Source: Candidatus Berkelbacteria bacterium (GTDB lineage Bacteria; Patescibacteriota; UBA1384; JACPKC01). Taken from it: a stretch of DNA of 57,078 nt. Below the pieces are notes generated by a model, which was given only the letters and a program-made list of their open reading frames with translations, ran no database searches and was not told where the DNA came from. The stretch spans positions 1 to 57,078 of the forward strand of contig JAGQLE010000020.1 in NCBI GenBank assembly GCA_020429585.1, in the 5' to 3' direction. Shown piece after piece: positions 1-9,954 of the stretch. Each line of letters opens with the position of its first letter. Within the stretch, counting starts at the first letter, position 1. A program made the position numbers and the translations under genes.

Positions 1-2
1 TC

Positions 3-1037
3 ATCGTAACCGACGCTTGGCACCCGCAGATTAACGGCGTAGTTAGGATTTATGAACACATCATCAGCCAACTTCAAAAAGAGGGTCATCGGATAAAAGT
101 CATCGGCCCGCCAGATTTTCCAATCAATCTACCAATCCCTTTTTACCGAGAAATAAACTTTGCAATCGCTCCTCACTCACACTTAGTTAAGCTGATTGAT
201 GAATTTGCCCCAGAATCGATTCATATTGCTACCGAAGGACCCCTTGGCTTTGCCGCGCAAAAATACTGCCTCAAAAGAGATATCCCTTTTACCACTGCTT
301 ACCACACCGAATATGCCCAATATATCTCGAAACGGATTGCCAAACTAGCACCACAAATAGAGGACTGGTCACACGAAAAAATCGACAGCGAACTTAAAAA
401 ATTTCATGCCAGAGCTAGCGCAACCATGGTAACGAATAAGGTTATTAGAGCAGAGCTACTAAAGAGAGGCTACATCGGCCAATTAAAGGTTATTTTGCCT
501 GGGGTTGACCTTGCACTGTTTAAACCGGGTAAAAAAACCAAGTTCGAATCGCTCACCAGACCAGTCGCCCTGTACGTAGGCAGGATTGCTTTCGAAAAAA
601 ACTTGGAGGACTTCCTCGAAATGAAGTGGGAGGGGAGCAAGGTACTAGTCGGACAAGGACCTGATTTGGCCAAGCTCAAAGGAGTCCATCCGGAAGTGAT
701 TTTTCTTGGCAAGAAGACTGGCAGGGAATTGGCAGAATACTATCGTTCCGCCGATGTCTTTGTCTTTCCCTCAAAAACCGATACATTTGGCCTGGTAATG
801 ATCGAAGCACTAGCCTCTGGTATTCCCGTCGCCGCCTACAATGTAGTCGGACCAAAAAACATCATCACCGAATCTTTCTTGGGCAGTCTCGGATCCAATC
901 TGGAAAAATCAGCCCTTAGGGCTCTCGACAGCGGCAACGCTAAGCAACGACATCAATACATCGAAAAAACCTACTCTTGGACTAAGGCAGCCGAGGAATT
1001 TCTAAATCTTTGCCAGTTAGCCTCAATTAAAAAATGA
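3..1037 (+). CDS. GT-B glycosyltransferase, family 4-like (5' end outside window)
   Basis: The frame of the 426..1037 ORF stays open back to nt 3 (IVTDAWHPQINGVVRIYEHI...). The C-terminal FPSKTDTFGLVMIEALASGIPV is a GT4-type E-x7-E region. Confidence 0.8.
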   Translation: MVTDAWHPQINGVVRIYEHIISQLQKEGHRIKVIGPPDFPINLPIPFYREINFAIAPHSHLVKLIDEFAPESIHIATEGPLGFAAQKYCLKRDIPFTTAYHTEYAQYISKRIAKLAPQIEDWSHEKIDSELKKFHARASATMVTNKVIRAELLKRGYIGQLKVILPGVDLALFKPGKKTKFESLTRPVALYVGRIAFEKNLEDFLEMKWEGSKVLVGQGPDLAKLKGVHPEVIFLGKKTGRELAEYYRSADVFVFPSKTDTFGLVMIEALASGIPVAAYNVVGPKNIITESFLGSLGSNLEKSALRALDSGNAKQRHQYIEKTYSWTKAAEEFLNLCQLASIKK

Positions 1038-1058
1038 CCTCGTTCGAGGTCATTTTTT
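1029..1058 (+). terminator. Rho-independent terminator, bidirectional in form
   Basis: A-run, then stem ATGACCTC/GAGGTCAT (1034..1053) with loop GTTC, then a T-run. It begins at the TGA stop of the glycosyltransferase. Confidence 0.7.
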
Positions 1059-1222
1059 AAACCGATGACTTACTCTTCTGAGCCCTCTGAGTTATCGTCG
1101 TCGTGGGTGTGGCCATCGCTAGTGCTCATGCCACAGACCGAACAAGTTTCTTCTTCCATTATTCCTCCACTTGGTTCGCTTATTACTATTCAAATTATAA
1201 TTCGAAGGCAGAGGAGGAGAAA

Positions 1223-1438
1223 GTGGACAAAGTGAAACCGGGATTTTATCGCCATTTTAAAGGTGGAGCTTATGAAGTTATTGGTACAGGTAAGCACAGC
1301 GAGACCGAAGAGGAATTAGTTGTCTACAAGAGCCTAAAAGACGGTTCGATCTGGCTCCGGCCAAGACAGATGTTTTTCGAAAAGGTTAAGGTTGGTAACA
1401 AATTAGTAACCAGATTCAGCAAAGAAAAAAGGGCCTAA
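1223..1438 (+). CDS. DUF1653-like small protein
   Basis: KPGFYRHFKGGAYEVIGTGKHSETEEELVVYKSL...WLRPRQMFFEKV matches my memory of the DUF1653 consensus. An in-frame GTG at 1223 lies 5 nt after AGGAGGAG, so the longer 1103 start in the track is unlikely. Confidence 0.65.
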   Translation: MDKVKPGFYRHFKGGAYEVIGTGKHSETEEELVVYKSLKDGSIWLRPRQMFFEKVKVGNKLVTRFSKEKRA

Positions 1439-2088
1439 TCGGCCCAATCCTTATTGCTTAACGGACGTCCACGTCGACAAGTGATACGAAATATCCTGCC
1501 GGAATAGAAGGCTGCCGCTGAGTTGCCACTAGGGTAACAATCCTTAACAGTATCTAAGTCTAGTGTACATTGTCGTGTGTACGCTTTACTCTTCCTTTTC
1601 CAGTCACCATTCTCAATTGATTCCTGGAGGTACATAATCTCCCTTACGTAGGGAGAAAAAACGTCTTCTTCGTCTCCGAGATGCTGTTGTGCAAATAGAG
1701 CTTTTGCGCGTATAACCTGTTTAGCCCGCTTAGTCAAAACAAAATGAGCCAAGGCCTGAAGCCAGGGTAGCAACACGGATAACTCCAGATTGTTTAGATT
1801 CCCAAACTTTTTTGAGTAATCACACATTGTTGGCGACTGATCTGACCTCAATTCACCCGAGGTAAAAAACACCTCTTCGCGTCCTCCTACTCGCCGCGAG
1901 ACGTTAAATAGGTTATTGCCCGATCCATGATTTGAATGCAGTAGATAAATGTTAAATTTACTTCGCTCGCTGTCATATCCAGCAATACCAAAAGAGCAAT
2001 GTCCGCCAACCAATGTAAAACGACGGTTTTCACGATTAACTGTTAAGCCATCGTAAATTACTAACTTGTTCACGCTTATATCCTTCAT
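1435..2088 (-). CDS. hypothetical protein (217 aa)
   Basis: It is the only long ORF in this interval and I recognise no motif. It converges on the DUF1653 gene and overlaps it by 4 nt. Confidence 0.5.
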   Translation of the reverse strand: MKDISVNKLVIYDGLTVNRENRRFTLVGGHCSFGIAGYDSERSKFNIYLLHSNHGSGNNLFNVSRRVGGREEVFFTSGELRSDQSPTMCDYSKKFGNLNNLELSVLLPWLQALAHFVLTKRAKQVIRAKALFAQQHLGDEEDVFSPYVREIMYLQESIENGDWKRKSKAYTRQCTLDLDTVKDCYPSGNSAAAFYSGRIFRITCRRGRPLSNKDWAD

Positions 2089-2140
2089 GTAAATTTAGCC
2101 TGAAATACTCCAAGCTAGGCAAAAATGATATCTTGTAAGT

Positions 2141-2731
2141 ATGGTTATTTCAAGTAGCAGGCAGGATAAAATCAAAAAAGTTGTCACTCAAAGACAATCT
2201 AATATTGTAATCGTCCTGGAAGACATTCACGATCCGCACAACGCTGCTGCCATTATTAGGACCTGCGACAGCTTTGGAATCCAGGATGTTTATTTTATTT
2301 TTGGCCAGGAAGAAGCCTACAATCCAAAAAAGATAGGCAGGAGCTCGTCATCCTCAGCCAATAAGTGGCTGGATTTTAAGATCTTCGACTCAATCAAAGC
2401 GGCAATCTTAGATCTAAAAAGGGATGGTTATCAGATAATCGGCACCGCTTTGGAAAAGGATTCGGTCGACTTCTACCAAGCCGATTTTACTCAAGACAAA
2501 CTAGCTCTAATCGTTGGCAATGAACACCGCGGCATGTCGGCCGAGGCGATTGAGCTCTGTGACCAGGTAATCGAAATTCCAATGCGCGGTTTTGTCCAGA
2601 GTCTTAACGTCTCGGTCTCGGCCGGAATCCTAATTGCCGAGATCACTCGCCAAAGGCTTGCAAATGGTAAACTAAAACCACTTAGCTCAACTGAGCAACA
2701 AAAATTGATAGCCGACTTTTTAGAACGGTAA
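2141..2731 (+). CDS. SpoU/TrmH-family RNA 2'-O-methyltransferase
   Basis: Motifs IVLEDIHDPHNAAAIIRTCDSFG, ALIVGNEHRGMS and IPMRGFVQSLNVSVSAGI. Confidence 0.85.
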   Translation: MVISSSRQDKIKKVVTQRQSNIVIVLEDIHDPHNAAAIIRTCDSFGIQDVYFIFGQEEAYNPKKIGRSSSSSANKWLDFKIFDSIKAAILDLKRDGYQIIGTALEKDSVDFYQADFTQDKLALIVGNEHRGMSAEAIELCDQVIEIPMRGFVQSLNVSVSAGILIAEITRQRLANGKLKPLSSTEQQKLIADFLER

Positions 2732-2749
2732 ATTAACTGGAGGGAAAAA

Positions 2750-3094
2750 ATGGAGAAAATAAATAAGCTGGATGAATACCAAGAAAAAACCCGCTTAACC
2801 GCAATTTATCCGGCTATCGCTAACAATAAATTTTTATACCCCGTTTTGGGCCTAGTCGGCGAGTCAGGCGAGCTAGCCAACAAGGTTAAAAAAATCTTTC
2901 GCGATGACAACGGAGTCGTTAGCGACGAAAAAAAAGAGGCAATGGTCGCCGAACTCGGAGATATTCTCTGGTATTGCTCACGGATCGCCGACGAACTCGA
3001 TGTTAGCTTGAGCGACGTCGCGACCAGCAACATCAACAAGCTCTTGAGTCGCCAAAATAGGGAAGTGCTTATTGGGAGCGGCGATAATCGATGA
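2750..3094 (+). CDS. MazG-like nucleotide pyrophosphohydrolase (small all-alpha type)
   Basis: 114 aa with GLVGESGELANKVKK and ELGDILWY motifs. Confidence 0.75.
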   Translation: MEKINKLDEYQEKTRLTAIYPAIANNKFLYPVLGLVGESGELANKVKKIFRDDNGVVSDEKKEAMVAELGDILWYCSRIADELDVSLSDVATSNINKLLSRQNREVLIGSGDNR

Positions 3095-3477
3095 AGGAAT
3101 ACGAGCCGCATCCAAAGTGGCAGCGAGAGGCCTATTTTTGGACTGGCATTATCGCCACCTTAGCTTATCGGCTGATTATTATTCTTAATAGCTTTAATGC
3201 TATTTGGGTTCAAACTGCTTGGTACATTGGCACCATCGGCTTCGTAGTCTTTTTTCTCCATCGGTACGAAGTCGACAATCGCCGAGCCCATATCGTCGCC
3301 GAACACCAATTAGCCAAAAAAGTCGCCAAATCAGACTTAGGCGCCCAAGACAAAGAAGCTCTCGACTATATTTTAAGAACCACCAAGTCGTCTAAGGCCA
3401 AGATCAACTACATTGTAATATTTGCCGCTTCGGCTGTTGCCTTATTAATTGGAATTTATCTTGACTTCCTTAACTAG
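3091..3477 (+). CDS. small integral membrane protein
   Basis: 128 aa with three hydrophobic helices. ATGA overlap with the upstream stop. Confidence 0.5.
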   Translation: MKEYEPHPKWQREAYFWTGIIATLAYRLIIILNSFNAIWVQTAWYIGTIGFVVFFLHRYEVDNRRAHIVAEHQLAKKVAKSDLGAQDKEALDYILRTTKSSKAKINYIVIFAASAVALLIGIYLDFLN

Positions 3478-4165
3478 CTTAAAACAAGACCTTCAGGGGC
3501 AAGCAGATCCGGTGCGAGCCCGACATTCGCAACGGTTCTTTAAAACAGGCAAGGGCGAATACGGGGAAGGCGACAAATTCCTTGGCTTAACCAATCCGCA
3601 AATTAGAACCCTTGCCAAAAAATATCGGGATCTTGATCTCGCTGATCTCGAAAAACTACTCGGTAGCAAAATCCACGAACATCGCTTAATTTCACTATTT
3701 ATTTTAGTCGATCAATTTCATCGAGCTAACGAACAAGCCCGCCGACAAATTTATGATTTTTACCTCAAAAACGCTACTCGGGTAAACAATTGGGACTTGG
3801 TCGACAGCTCAGCTCACAAGATCGTCGGTTGGTACTTAGAAGACAAAGACCGGGCGATTCTTTACAAACTAGCCAAATCAAAAAACCTATGGGAAAAACG
3901 AATTTCTATTATTGCAACTTTCTGGTTTATAAAAAACGGCGAGCTCAATGACTCGCTTAAAATTGCTGAGATACTACTAAAAGATGAACACGATCTAATC
4001 CACAAGGCCGTCGGTTGGATGCTCAGGGAAACCGGCAAAAAAGACGTTGCGATTTTACGACAGTTTCTCGACAAGCACGTCCTCGACATGCCTCGAACAA
4101 TGCTTAGATATGCGATCGAGAAACTACCGAAAAAAGAACGAAAAAACTACCTCAGCAAGTTCTAA
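3449..4165 (+). CDS. DNA alkylation repair protein (AlkC/AlkD-like HEAT-repeat family)
   Basis: Motifs RFFKTGKGEYGEGDKFLG, NNWDLVD and GWMLRE. The start is uncertain (TTG at 3449 or 3461). Confidence 0.8.
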   Translation: MEFILTSLTSLKQDLQGQADPVRARHSQRFFKTGKGEYGEGDKFLGLTNPQIRTLAKKYRDLDLADLEKLLGSKIHEHRLISLFILVDQFHRANEQARRQIYDFYLKNATRVNNWDLVDSSAHKIVGWYLEDKDRAILYKLAKSKNLWEKRISIIATFWFIKNGELNDSLKIAEILLKDEHDLIHKAVGWMLRETGKKDVAILRQFLDKHVLDMPRTMLRYAIEKLPKKERKNYLSKF

Positions 4166-5028
4166 TCTCTAATATCCCTGGCTAGAACTAAAGCTCCATG
4201 CAAACCGCCAATCGAGCCCAGTTGAGCAGTAACTAGCTTGGGCAAACTTGGAAAGGTCTTCATGAGAGTCTTAAGCTCTAGCTCAACTTTTTCAATCGCA
4301 ATTCCCGGTTTTTTAGTCATCATTGCTCCACCTAAAACTAGAATCGAGGGCGACCAGTGGAGAATTGTATTGTGAAGACCGACCGCTAGGTAATGAGCTA
4401 AATCATCCCAAACTCGATCGTCTTTAATTTCCCACGGCTCTTGCTCGTAACGAGCTTTAACCGCAGTACCAGAAGCAAATTTCTCTAACTCGCCGTGGGG
4501 GTTATCGGCCAGGGCGGTCCCATCTAAATCTATAATCTGATGCCCGGGTTCAAAACCACTAATGCTGACATCAATCGCGCCATTGACGATCCTGGCACCG
4601 CCGATGCCGGTACTAACCGTAATGTAGGCAACAATCTCATGACCATGGCCGGCCCCGACTGCCGCTTCACCCAAGCCAACCACCGCACTGTCGTTTTCGA
4701 GTTTGACCGGAACGTCAAAAGCCTCCGCCAGCCTGGTCTTGATCGGCATATGGTCCCAACCGGGCAAGTTAGGTGGATTTATCAATATCGATTTTTCGCG
4801 ATTAAGCGGACCGGCAATACCACCGGCCAAACCTCGTAAAGGCCGGCCTTTAATTAAATCCCGACCGATTTCGCTAATTGCCTTTAAGCCATGATTGAAA
4901 TCAGCGGGCGTATCAATAATCACCGGCGCGCCAAATTTCTCGCCATCAGACGAGTAGGCTAATCTCGTCCTCGTTCCACCAATATCAAATAATAGATACA
5001 TAATTATAACTACACTGGTCCTATGCAC
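4162..5028 (-). CDS. ROK-family sugar kinase (glucokinase-like)
   Basis: LFDIGGTRTRLA N-terminal ATP-binding motif and ITVSTGIGGARI. The true start is probably MYLLFDIGG at 5001. Confidence 0.75.
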   Translation of the reverse strand: MHRTSVVIIMYLLFDIGGTRTRLAYSSDGEKFGAPVIIDTPADFNHGLKAISEIGRDLIKGRPLRGLAGGIAGPLNREKSILINPPNLPGWDHMPIKTRLAEAFDVPVKLENDSAVVGLGEAAVGAGHGHEIVAYITVSTGIGGARIVNGAIDVSISGFEPGHQIIDLDGTALADNPHGELEKFASGTAVKARYEQEPWEIKDDRVWDDLAHYLAVGLHNTILHWSPSILVLGGAMMTKKPGIAIEKVELELKTLMKTFPSLPKLVTAQLGSIGGLHGALVLARDIRD

Positions 5029-5082
5029 GGAACAACACGGAGAATTCTGTGCTCTTCGGTGAACATTTCTATAGCTATTAAA

Positions 5083-7065
5083 TCAAGTTACCGGATTGCA
5101 GGCTTTGCAAACCCCCATCTCTTCTAACTTATCTAAGTAGTCGATAATCGTTACTACAAATTCAGCATGGCTCCAAGTTAAGGGAGCCGCTGATAACTGC
5201 TCGCCAGTAAAGGGATCGAGTTGCTCGGAAAGCACTCCGCTCTCCAGGGCATGATCGACAACCCAACTAATAATCTCTTTGGCTTTCTCAACTTCTTTAG
5301 GTGTCTTAGCGTTTTTTAAATGGTACTGGGCGATCCAAAGAGTAGTGATAAACCAAGGATTGGGTGGAGCGTCGCTAGCTGTCCGGTAATAGCCATCCTC
5401 TTCGTAGCGAGGAAAACCGCCAATTCGAGAAAGAGCACCTAATCTTTTCGTAATGGCCGTAAGCATCCTTTGAAGCTTGGGATCATTTGGTTCGACTACA
5501 CCAAACTTATAGAGACCGTAGAAACTGCTAATATCGAGAGTGCGATCATAGGTAATACTATTGCCATTCATACTAAGCAACTTAACAAACACCCCCTGAT
5601 CTTCGTCGTAAAGATGCTTAACGATCGCATCGCGCATCTTAAGAGCAGCAGACTCATAGAGAGCAGCTGATTTATTTTTACCCAACAACTTGGCGAACTT
5701 GGCGGCCGCCATTAGAGCGCCGTAGACGGCCGAACAGGTAAAAGTCGAAATACCATACTTTTCCTCCCATAAATCGTAAGAAGCATAGGGGAGACCGGTC
5801 TCACGGTAAGAAAAACTAACCATAAAATCCGCTGCCCGCATTATTAAAGAGTTGTAGAGCTGCTCGATAAATTCAACATCCTTCGTAATCGAGTAATGTT
5901 CCCAAAGGGCAATTAAAACCAAGGCCGTCTCGTCCTCCTGGATCGGCAATTCCGGTTTGCCATCACGGATCCAGGGATGCCAAGAACTACCCAGCGACCG
6001 GTCAGGCCGGTACTTATGCATAAAATAGCCTTCGTTAGTAATTACCTCGTTGCAAAAGTTAAAAAACTGCTTAGCACTCGAACTGTAACCTGCCCGATCG
6101 AGAGCAACTGCAATTAGGGCACCGTCGCGAGGCCACATATAGGCATAGGTATCATGGCCATGATGAAGCATATCTGAATCGCCGGAAGCAAGAATAGAAC
6201 CACGATTATCAACATGGGAGCGGATTAAAAACAATGACTCTTTAAAGAGTCTCACTGTTCGTTCGTCGAGACCGTAAAAGCTAAAATTTTGTTTATTTAC
6301 CCACGCCTTCCAAAAATTCTTAGAAGTATTGCGCAGATGCTGAGGCGTTTTGGCTACTACATAACGATTAAGAGCCGTCACTTCTTTGATCGATCTACCT
6401 AATGCCAACCAATAATCAACCTGCGAATCACTTGTACCGGCGACTGTTAGTTCAAACCCGATCACCGAATCGACGCGGCCATGCTCAACCGCATTCTTTT
6501 CGAGATTACCGTCAATGGCATCAAGAAAACTACCTTCCTTACCTTTCGAACCAAAAACTCCGACTGTAAACTGGTCGAATTCCTGATCGCCCGCTCGGGC
6601 ATTAATCAAAGCAACCCGACGCCCCTTATAATGAACCAAAGCGTGGGTTTTTGGATCAAAATAACCGGTATCACCAGTATGAGACTCATAGAGTTCGAAT
6701 TCGTGAGCAAAGAAAAGCTTAATCAGTCGCGAGTGGTCGGATAAGTTTCTAACCTTGAGCTGCCTAAGTAAAATGTTACGCTCATTATAGACCACGTCCT
6801 CGATTTCGAGCTCAACCCCTAAGCCCTGGTTAGTAGCAACGGTCTTACCGGCAAAGGTATCATGGAGAGTATCGATCTTGACTTGCCAAAATCCATCATT
6901 GGTCCAGGACAGATTACCATCTACCCAAACACCAATCCTGTGACTCAAATGACCCCCGCACTGGTTTTCCAGACCAACATACGGAAAATACAAGTCCCTG
7001 ACTTGCCCAAATTGATCAAAGCAAACTAAAGTCTCGCCATTACCTAAGGCTAAAGCTTTAGGCAT
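5083..7065 (-). CDS. GH15 glycoside hydrolase (glucoamylase/glucodextranase-like)
   Basis: 660 aa. It contains MWPRDGALIAVAL and an (alpha/alpha)6-type C-terminal half typical of GH15. Confidence 0.8.
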   Translation of the reverse strand: MPKALALGNGETLVCFDQFGQVRDLYFPYVGLENQCGGHLSHRIGVWVDGNLSWTNDGFWQVKIDTLHDTFAGKTVATNQGLGVELEIEDVVYNERNILLRQLKVRNLSDHSRLIKLFFAHEFELYESHTGDTGYFDPKTHALVHYKGRRVALINARAGDQEFDQFTVGVFGSKGKEGSFLDAIDGNLEKNAVEHGRVDSVIGFELTVAGTSDSQVDYWLALGRSIKEVTALNRYVVAKTPQHLRNTSKNFWKAWVNKQNFSFYGLDERTVRLFKESLFLIRSHVDNRGSILASGDSDMLHHGHDTYAYMWPRDGALIAVALDRAGYSSSAKQFFNFCNEVITNEGYFMHKYRPDRSLGSSWHPWIRDGKPELPIQEDETALVLIALWEHYSITKDVEFIEQLYNSLIMRAADFMVSFSYRETGLPYASYDLWEEKYGISTFTCSAVYGALMAAAKFAKLLGKNKSAALYESAALKMRDAIVKHLYDEDQGVFVKLLSMNGNSITYDRTLDISSFYGLYKFGVVEPNDPKLQRMLTAITKRLGALSRIGGFPRYEEDGYYRTASDAPPNPWFITTLWIAQYHLKNAKTPKEVEKAKEIISWVVDHALESGVLSEQLDPFTGEQLSAAPLTWSHAEFVVTIIDYLDKLEEMGVCKACNPVT

Positions 7066-7369
7066 GCGATAGCTCGTACCAATCGGCCAAATGCTTTGAT
7101 ACTACCTCGTAAGCCTCTCTTTGAGTTTGCACTAAGGCTAAATCGTCAGCCAAAACCGAATCTTCTAGAATATCGGTGATCCAATTTACAAAATCGTTGC
7201 GCTCAGCTGTTACGTGGTGACTAAATTGCCGATTGGTCATTAACTTAAAAGCATCGCGCAGTTCTCGCAGATTAGAAATAGAATGCCCATCATGAAGCCA
7301 AAAAACATGCTCACCAGGAGCGTTTTTCAGTGGTTTTTTCCGAACTAAATCAAGCAAAGTTAGAATCAT
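7058..7369 (-). CDS. hypothetical protein (103 aa) embedded in the glucan cluster
   Basis: The ORF overlaps the GH15 start by 8 nt and sits 15 nt downstream of the GH57 gene. No motif recognised. Confidence 0.5.
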   Translation of the reverse strand: MILTLLDLVRKKPLKNAPGEHVFWLHDGHSISNLRELRDAFKLMTNRQFSHHVTAERNDFVNWITDILEDSVLADDLALVQTQREAYEVVSKHLADWYELSHA

Positions 7370-7384
7370 GCCCCTCCGCTATCA

Positions 7385-8623
7385 TTAAGATTGTACCATG
7401 GCTGATACCTGATTAGACAGGTTAACCTGCTCTTCTTCAAGCCTAAGTTTGAGATCCGCTAAACAGTTAGCATAAGCAATATAAGCCTCGTAAGGCGATT
7501 CGTACGGATTAAAGTATTTATGGACATCACCATCGGCAAACCACTTGGTACACATATAGTAAAAATGATCAGAGGTTTGCAATCGGCGCCAATCAGTGAG
7601 TAGCTGGTTATTCTGAGACTTTTTTACCTCCGACTCCAGAGAGTAGATCTCTTCCAAAGCCTGTTGCTGAATTGAATTAGAGCGCCAAGCCGAAAGATCG
7701 CGCTCTACGTCGGCCCAAGAAATTGGCTCAGGAATAGAGAGCTTGGCAATTGGCTCGTAACGCTCGACTACTTCACTGGGTGTAATAAAATCGTTATCAG
7801 GATGTTTTAATAGCTCTCCCGGCAACGCCTCCAAAAATTCAAAAATGCCGGTCGATTGCCACTGATGTTCACCGAATGTTTCATAGTCCATAAACAGATT
7901 AATCAATTCGCCACTGCCATTAATTGCCGATAACCATTGAGCAAATTTGGGAGCGGTCAATGGATAGCCAGACCAGTCCTTAGACGAGAAACGAAAGGCA
8001 ATATCATCAGACAATTTATAGTTCTTGAGGAGGAGAGGCAACTCGGACTCGCTAGCCTGGTATAAAAAGTTCGGACTACGCCAATCCAAGATATGGTCGG
8101 CGCCCTCGGTAATCATTGCCAGATAGCCAAGTTTTTTTATATGGGCAACAATTTGGTCGGAGTAAATAAGCTCCGTATTACGGAATACCCGTGGCTCAAC
8201 TCCAAGCAAATCCTTAACTATTGAGCGATGCTGGGCAATCTGATCGGTAAATTCCTGTTCAGAATAGAGCGATGCCAACGAGTGATAATAAGTCTCGGCC
8301 AAAATTTCCACCTGGCCAGTTGCTACTAAAGCCTGAAAAGAGCGTAAGACCCGAGGCTGCCAGTCTCTAATCTGCTCGAGAAATACGCCTGAGAGCGAGT
8401 AGCTGATTTTTAGTTCGGGGTATTTACGGAGCAACTTTATAAATAATTCGTTGGCCGGTAAGTAACACTTTTTTGACACTTTGTTTAAGATCCAACGGTT
8501 ATTAAGATTTGTCTGATCCTGGTGATCAAAGTACCGGCTATGCTGACCAACGTCCTGAATGCGATAACGCTTAATCCGATAGGGCTGATGTACCTGAAAA
8601 TAAAAACAGATCGACGCCATCAA
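7385..8623 (-). CDS. GH57 glycoside hydrolase (alpha-amylase/branching-enzyme family)
   Basis: N-terminal FYFQVHQPYRIKRY and YETFGEHQW are GH57-type signatures. Confidence 0.8.
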   Translation of the reverse strand: MMASICFYFQVHQPYRIKRYRIQDVGQHSRYFDHQDQTNLNNRWILNKVSKKCYLPANELFIKLLRKYPELKISYSLSGVFLEQIRDWQPRVLRSFQALVATGQVEILAETYYHSLASLYSEQEFTDQIAQHRSIVKDLLGVEPRVFRNTELIYSDQIVAHIKKLGYLAMITEGADHILDWRSPNFLYQASESELPLLLKNYKLSDDIAFRFSSKDWSGYPLTAPKFAQWLSAINGSGELINLFMDYETFGEHQWQSTGIFEFLEALPGELLKHPDNDFITPSEVVERYEPIAKLSIPEPISWADVERDLSAWRSNSIQQQALEEIYSLESEVKKSQNNQLLTDWRRLQTSDHFYYMCTKWFADGDVHKYFNPYESPYEAYIAYANCLADLKLRLEEEQVNLSNQVSAMVQS

Positions 8624-9834
8624 CTACTCCGAACAACTTGCTGATAAATCTTTGCGCACTTATCCGCCGCCCTCTTCCAGGTCTGAACCTTGGCATTACG
8701 ACGGCCATTTTTACTCATGATTTGCCGAAGCGGACCAGACTTTAAAACCCCGACGATCTGATTAGTCATCTCTTCGATATCCCAAAAATCAGCTTTAAAA
8801 CCATGGGTTATTACTTCGGCAACTCCCGACTGCTTAGAGATAATAACCGGAACGCCATTAAGCATTGCTTCGAGCGGCGTAATTCCAAAGGGCTCGGAAA
8901 CACTTGGCATAACAAAAACGTCGGCTACCTGGTAAATGCTGTGTAATTCCTGGCCTCTTAAGAATCCCGGGAAAAAAATGTTGCCCGAAATGCCAAGCTC
9001 AACACTTAAATTAATCATTTGTTCGGCCATGTCCCCGGAGCCAACCATTAAAAAAATGGTTTTTGGTAAATAAGATAAGACATTTTTAGCTGTCTTTAAA
9101 AAGTAATCAGGGCCTTTTTGGATCGTAACCCTTCCTACGAACAAAACAATTTTGTAGCCAAGCTCTTTGTATTTTGCGAATGGCAAAGATTGGCTTCGAT
9201 CAGGTTTATCTGGTAGAACGCCATTATGGACCACCGAAATCTTCTTGGGAGTAATTCCATAATGTTCAACTAGAGTTGATTTTGTAAAACTACTCACCGC
9301 AATGACATGGTCAGCTGCCTCAAGACCTTCCCGCTCCTTATTGTAAACTTGCTGATTAACACCAGTGCCACCGGTCCTATCGAATTCGGTCGCATGAACG
9401 TGAGCAACCAATGGCCGATTAGTCGCTTCCTTAGCCTTTATGCCAGCCCCAAAACTCAGCCAGTCGTGGGCGTGAATAATATCGGGCTGAACTCGTTGAG
9501 CGATTGGCTCAACCTGAGTAGAATAACGCTCTACTTCGGCAAGCAAAGACTGCCCGTAATTTCCTAAACTCCCACGCAAAAACGCCCTGTAGCTATTTAG
9601 ATCCGCATAAGCTTTGAGTAATGAATTAACTGCCTGGACATCAATTTCTCGATCTCCGAACTCAAAATTTAAGTATTGATGCTCAAGATCGAGTTTTCTG
9701 GGCAAAACAAAGGTTAGCTGGTGGTCGCTGGCCAAGGCCGTCGAAAGTCCATAGCAAGCCGTGCCCAACCCGCCGCTATTATGGGGAGGAAACTCCCAGC
9801 CAAACATCAGAACTTTCAGTGGCCCTCCATACAA
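8620..9834 (-). CDS. GT4/GT5-type glycosyltransferase, glycogen-synthase-like
   Basis: N-terminal FGWEFPPHNSGGLGTACYGL and C-terminal PSVSEPFGITPLEAMLNGVPVI. ATGA-type overlap with the GH57 gene. Confidence 0.8.
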   Translation of the reverse strand: MYGGPLKVLMFGWEFPPHNSGGLGTACYGLSTALASDHQLTFVLPRKLDLEHQYLNFEFGDREIDVQAVNSLLKAYADLNSYRAFLRGSLGNYGQSLLAEVERYSTQVEPIAQRVQPDIIHAHDWLSFGAGIKAKEATNRPLVAHVHATEFDRTGGTGVNQQVYNKEREGLEAADHVIAVSSFTKSTLVEHYGITPKKISVVHNGVLPDKPDRSQSLPFAKYKELGYKIVLFVGRVTIQKGPDYFLKTAKNVLSYLPKTIFLMVGSGDMAEQMINLSVELGISGNIFFPGFLRGQELHSIYQVADVFVMPSVSEPFGITPLEAMLNGVPVIISKQSGVAEVITHGFKADFWDIEEMTNQIVGVLKSGPLRQIMSKNGRRNAKVQTWKRAADKCAKIYQQVVRSS

Positions 9835-9954
9835 AATAATACTCGATGCGAGCTACTCCTATTGTAGCCAGCAATGTAACAGTAAATAACTATCCACTGT
9901 GGAAAAAAATATTCAGGCTTGTTTTAATGTAACCGTACAAAAAATTTTCGAGCG

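Noticed and set aside
1103-1222. Longer 111-aa version of the DUF1653 ORF, and the 168-aa version of rplL starting at 33978
   Set aside because: In both cases the N-terminal extension has an odd composition. A downstream in-frame start with a strong Shine-Dalgarno sequence (GTG at 1223, ATG at 33927) coincides with the start of the conserved domain. The long rplL version would also overlap rplJ.
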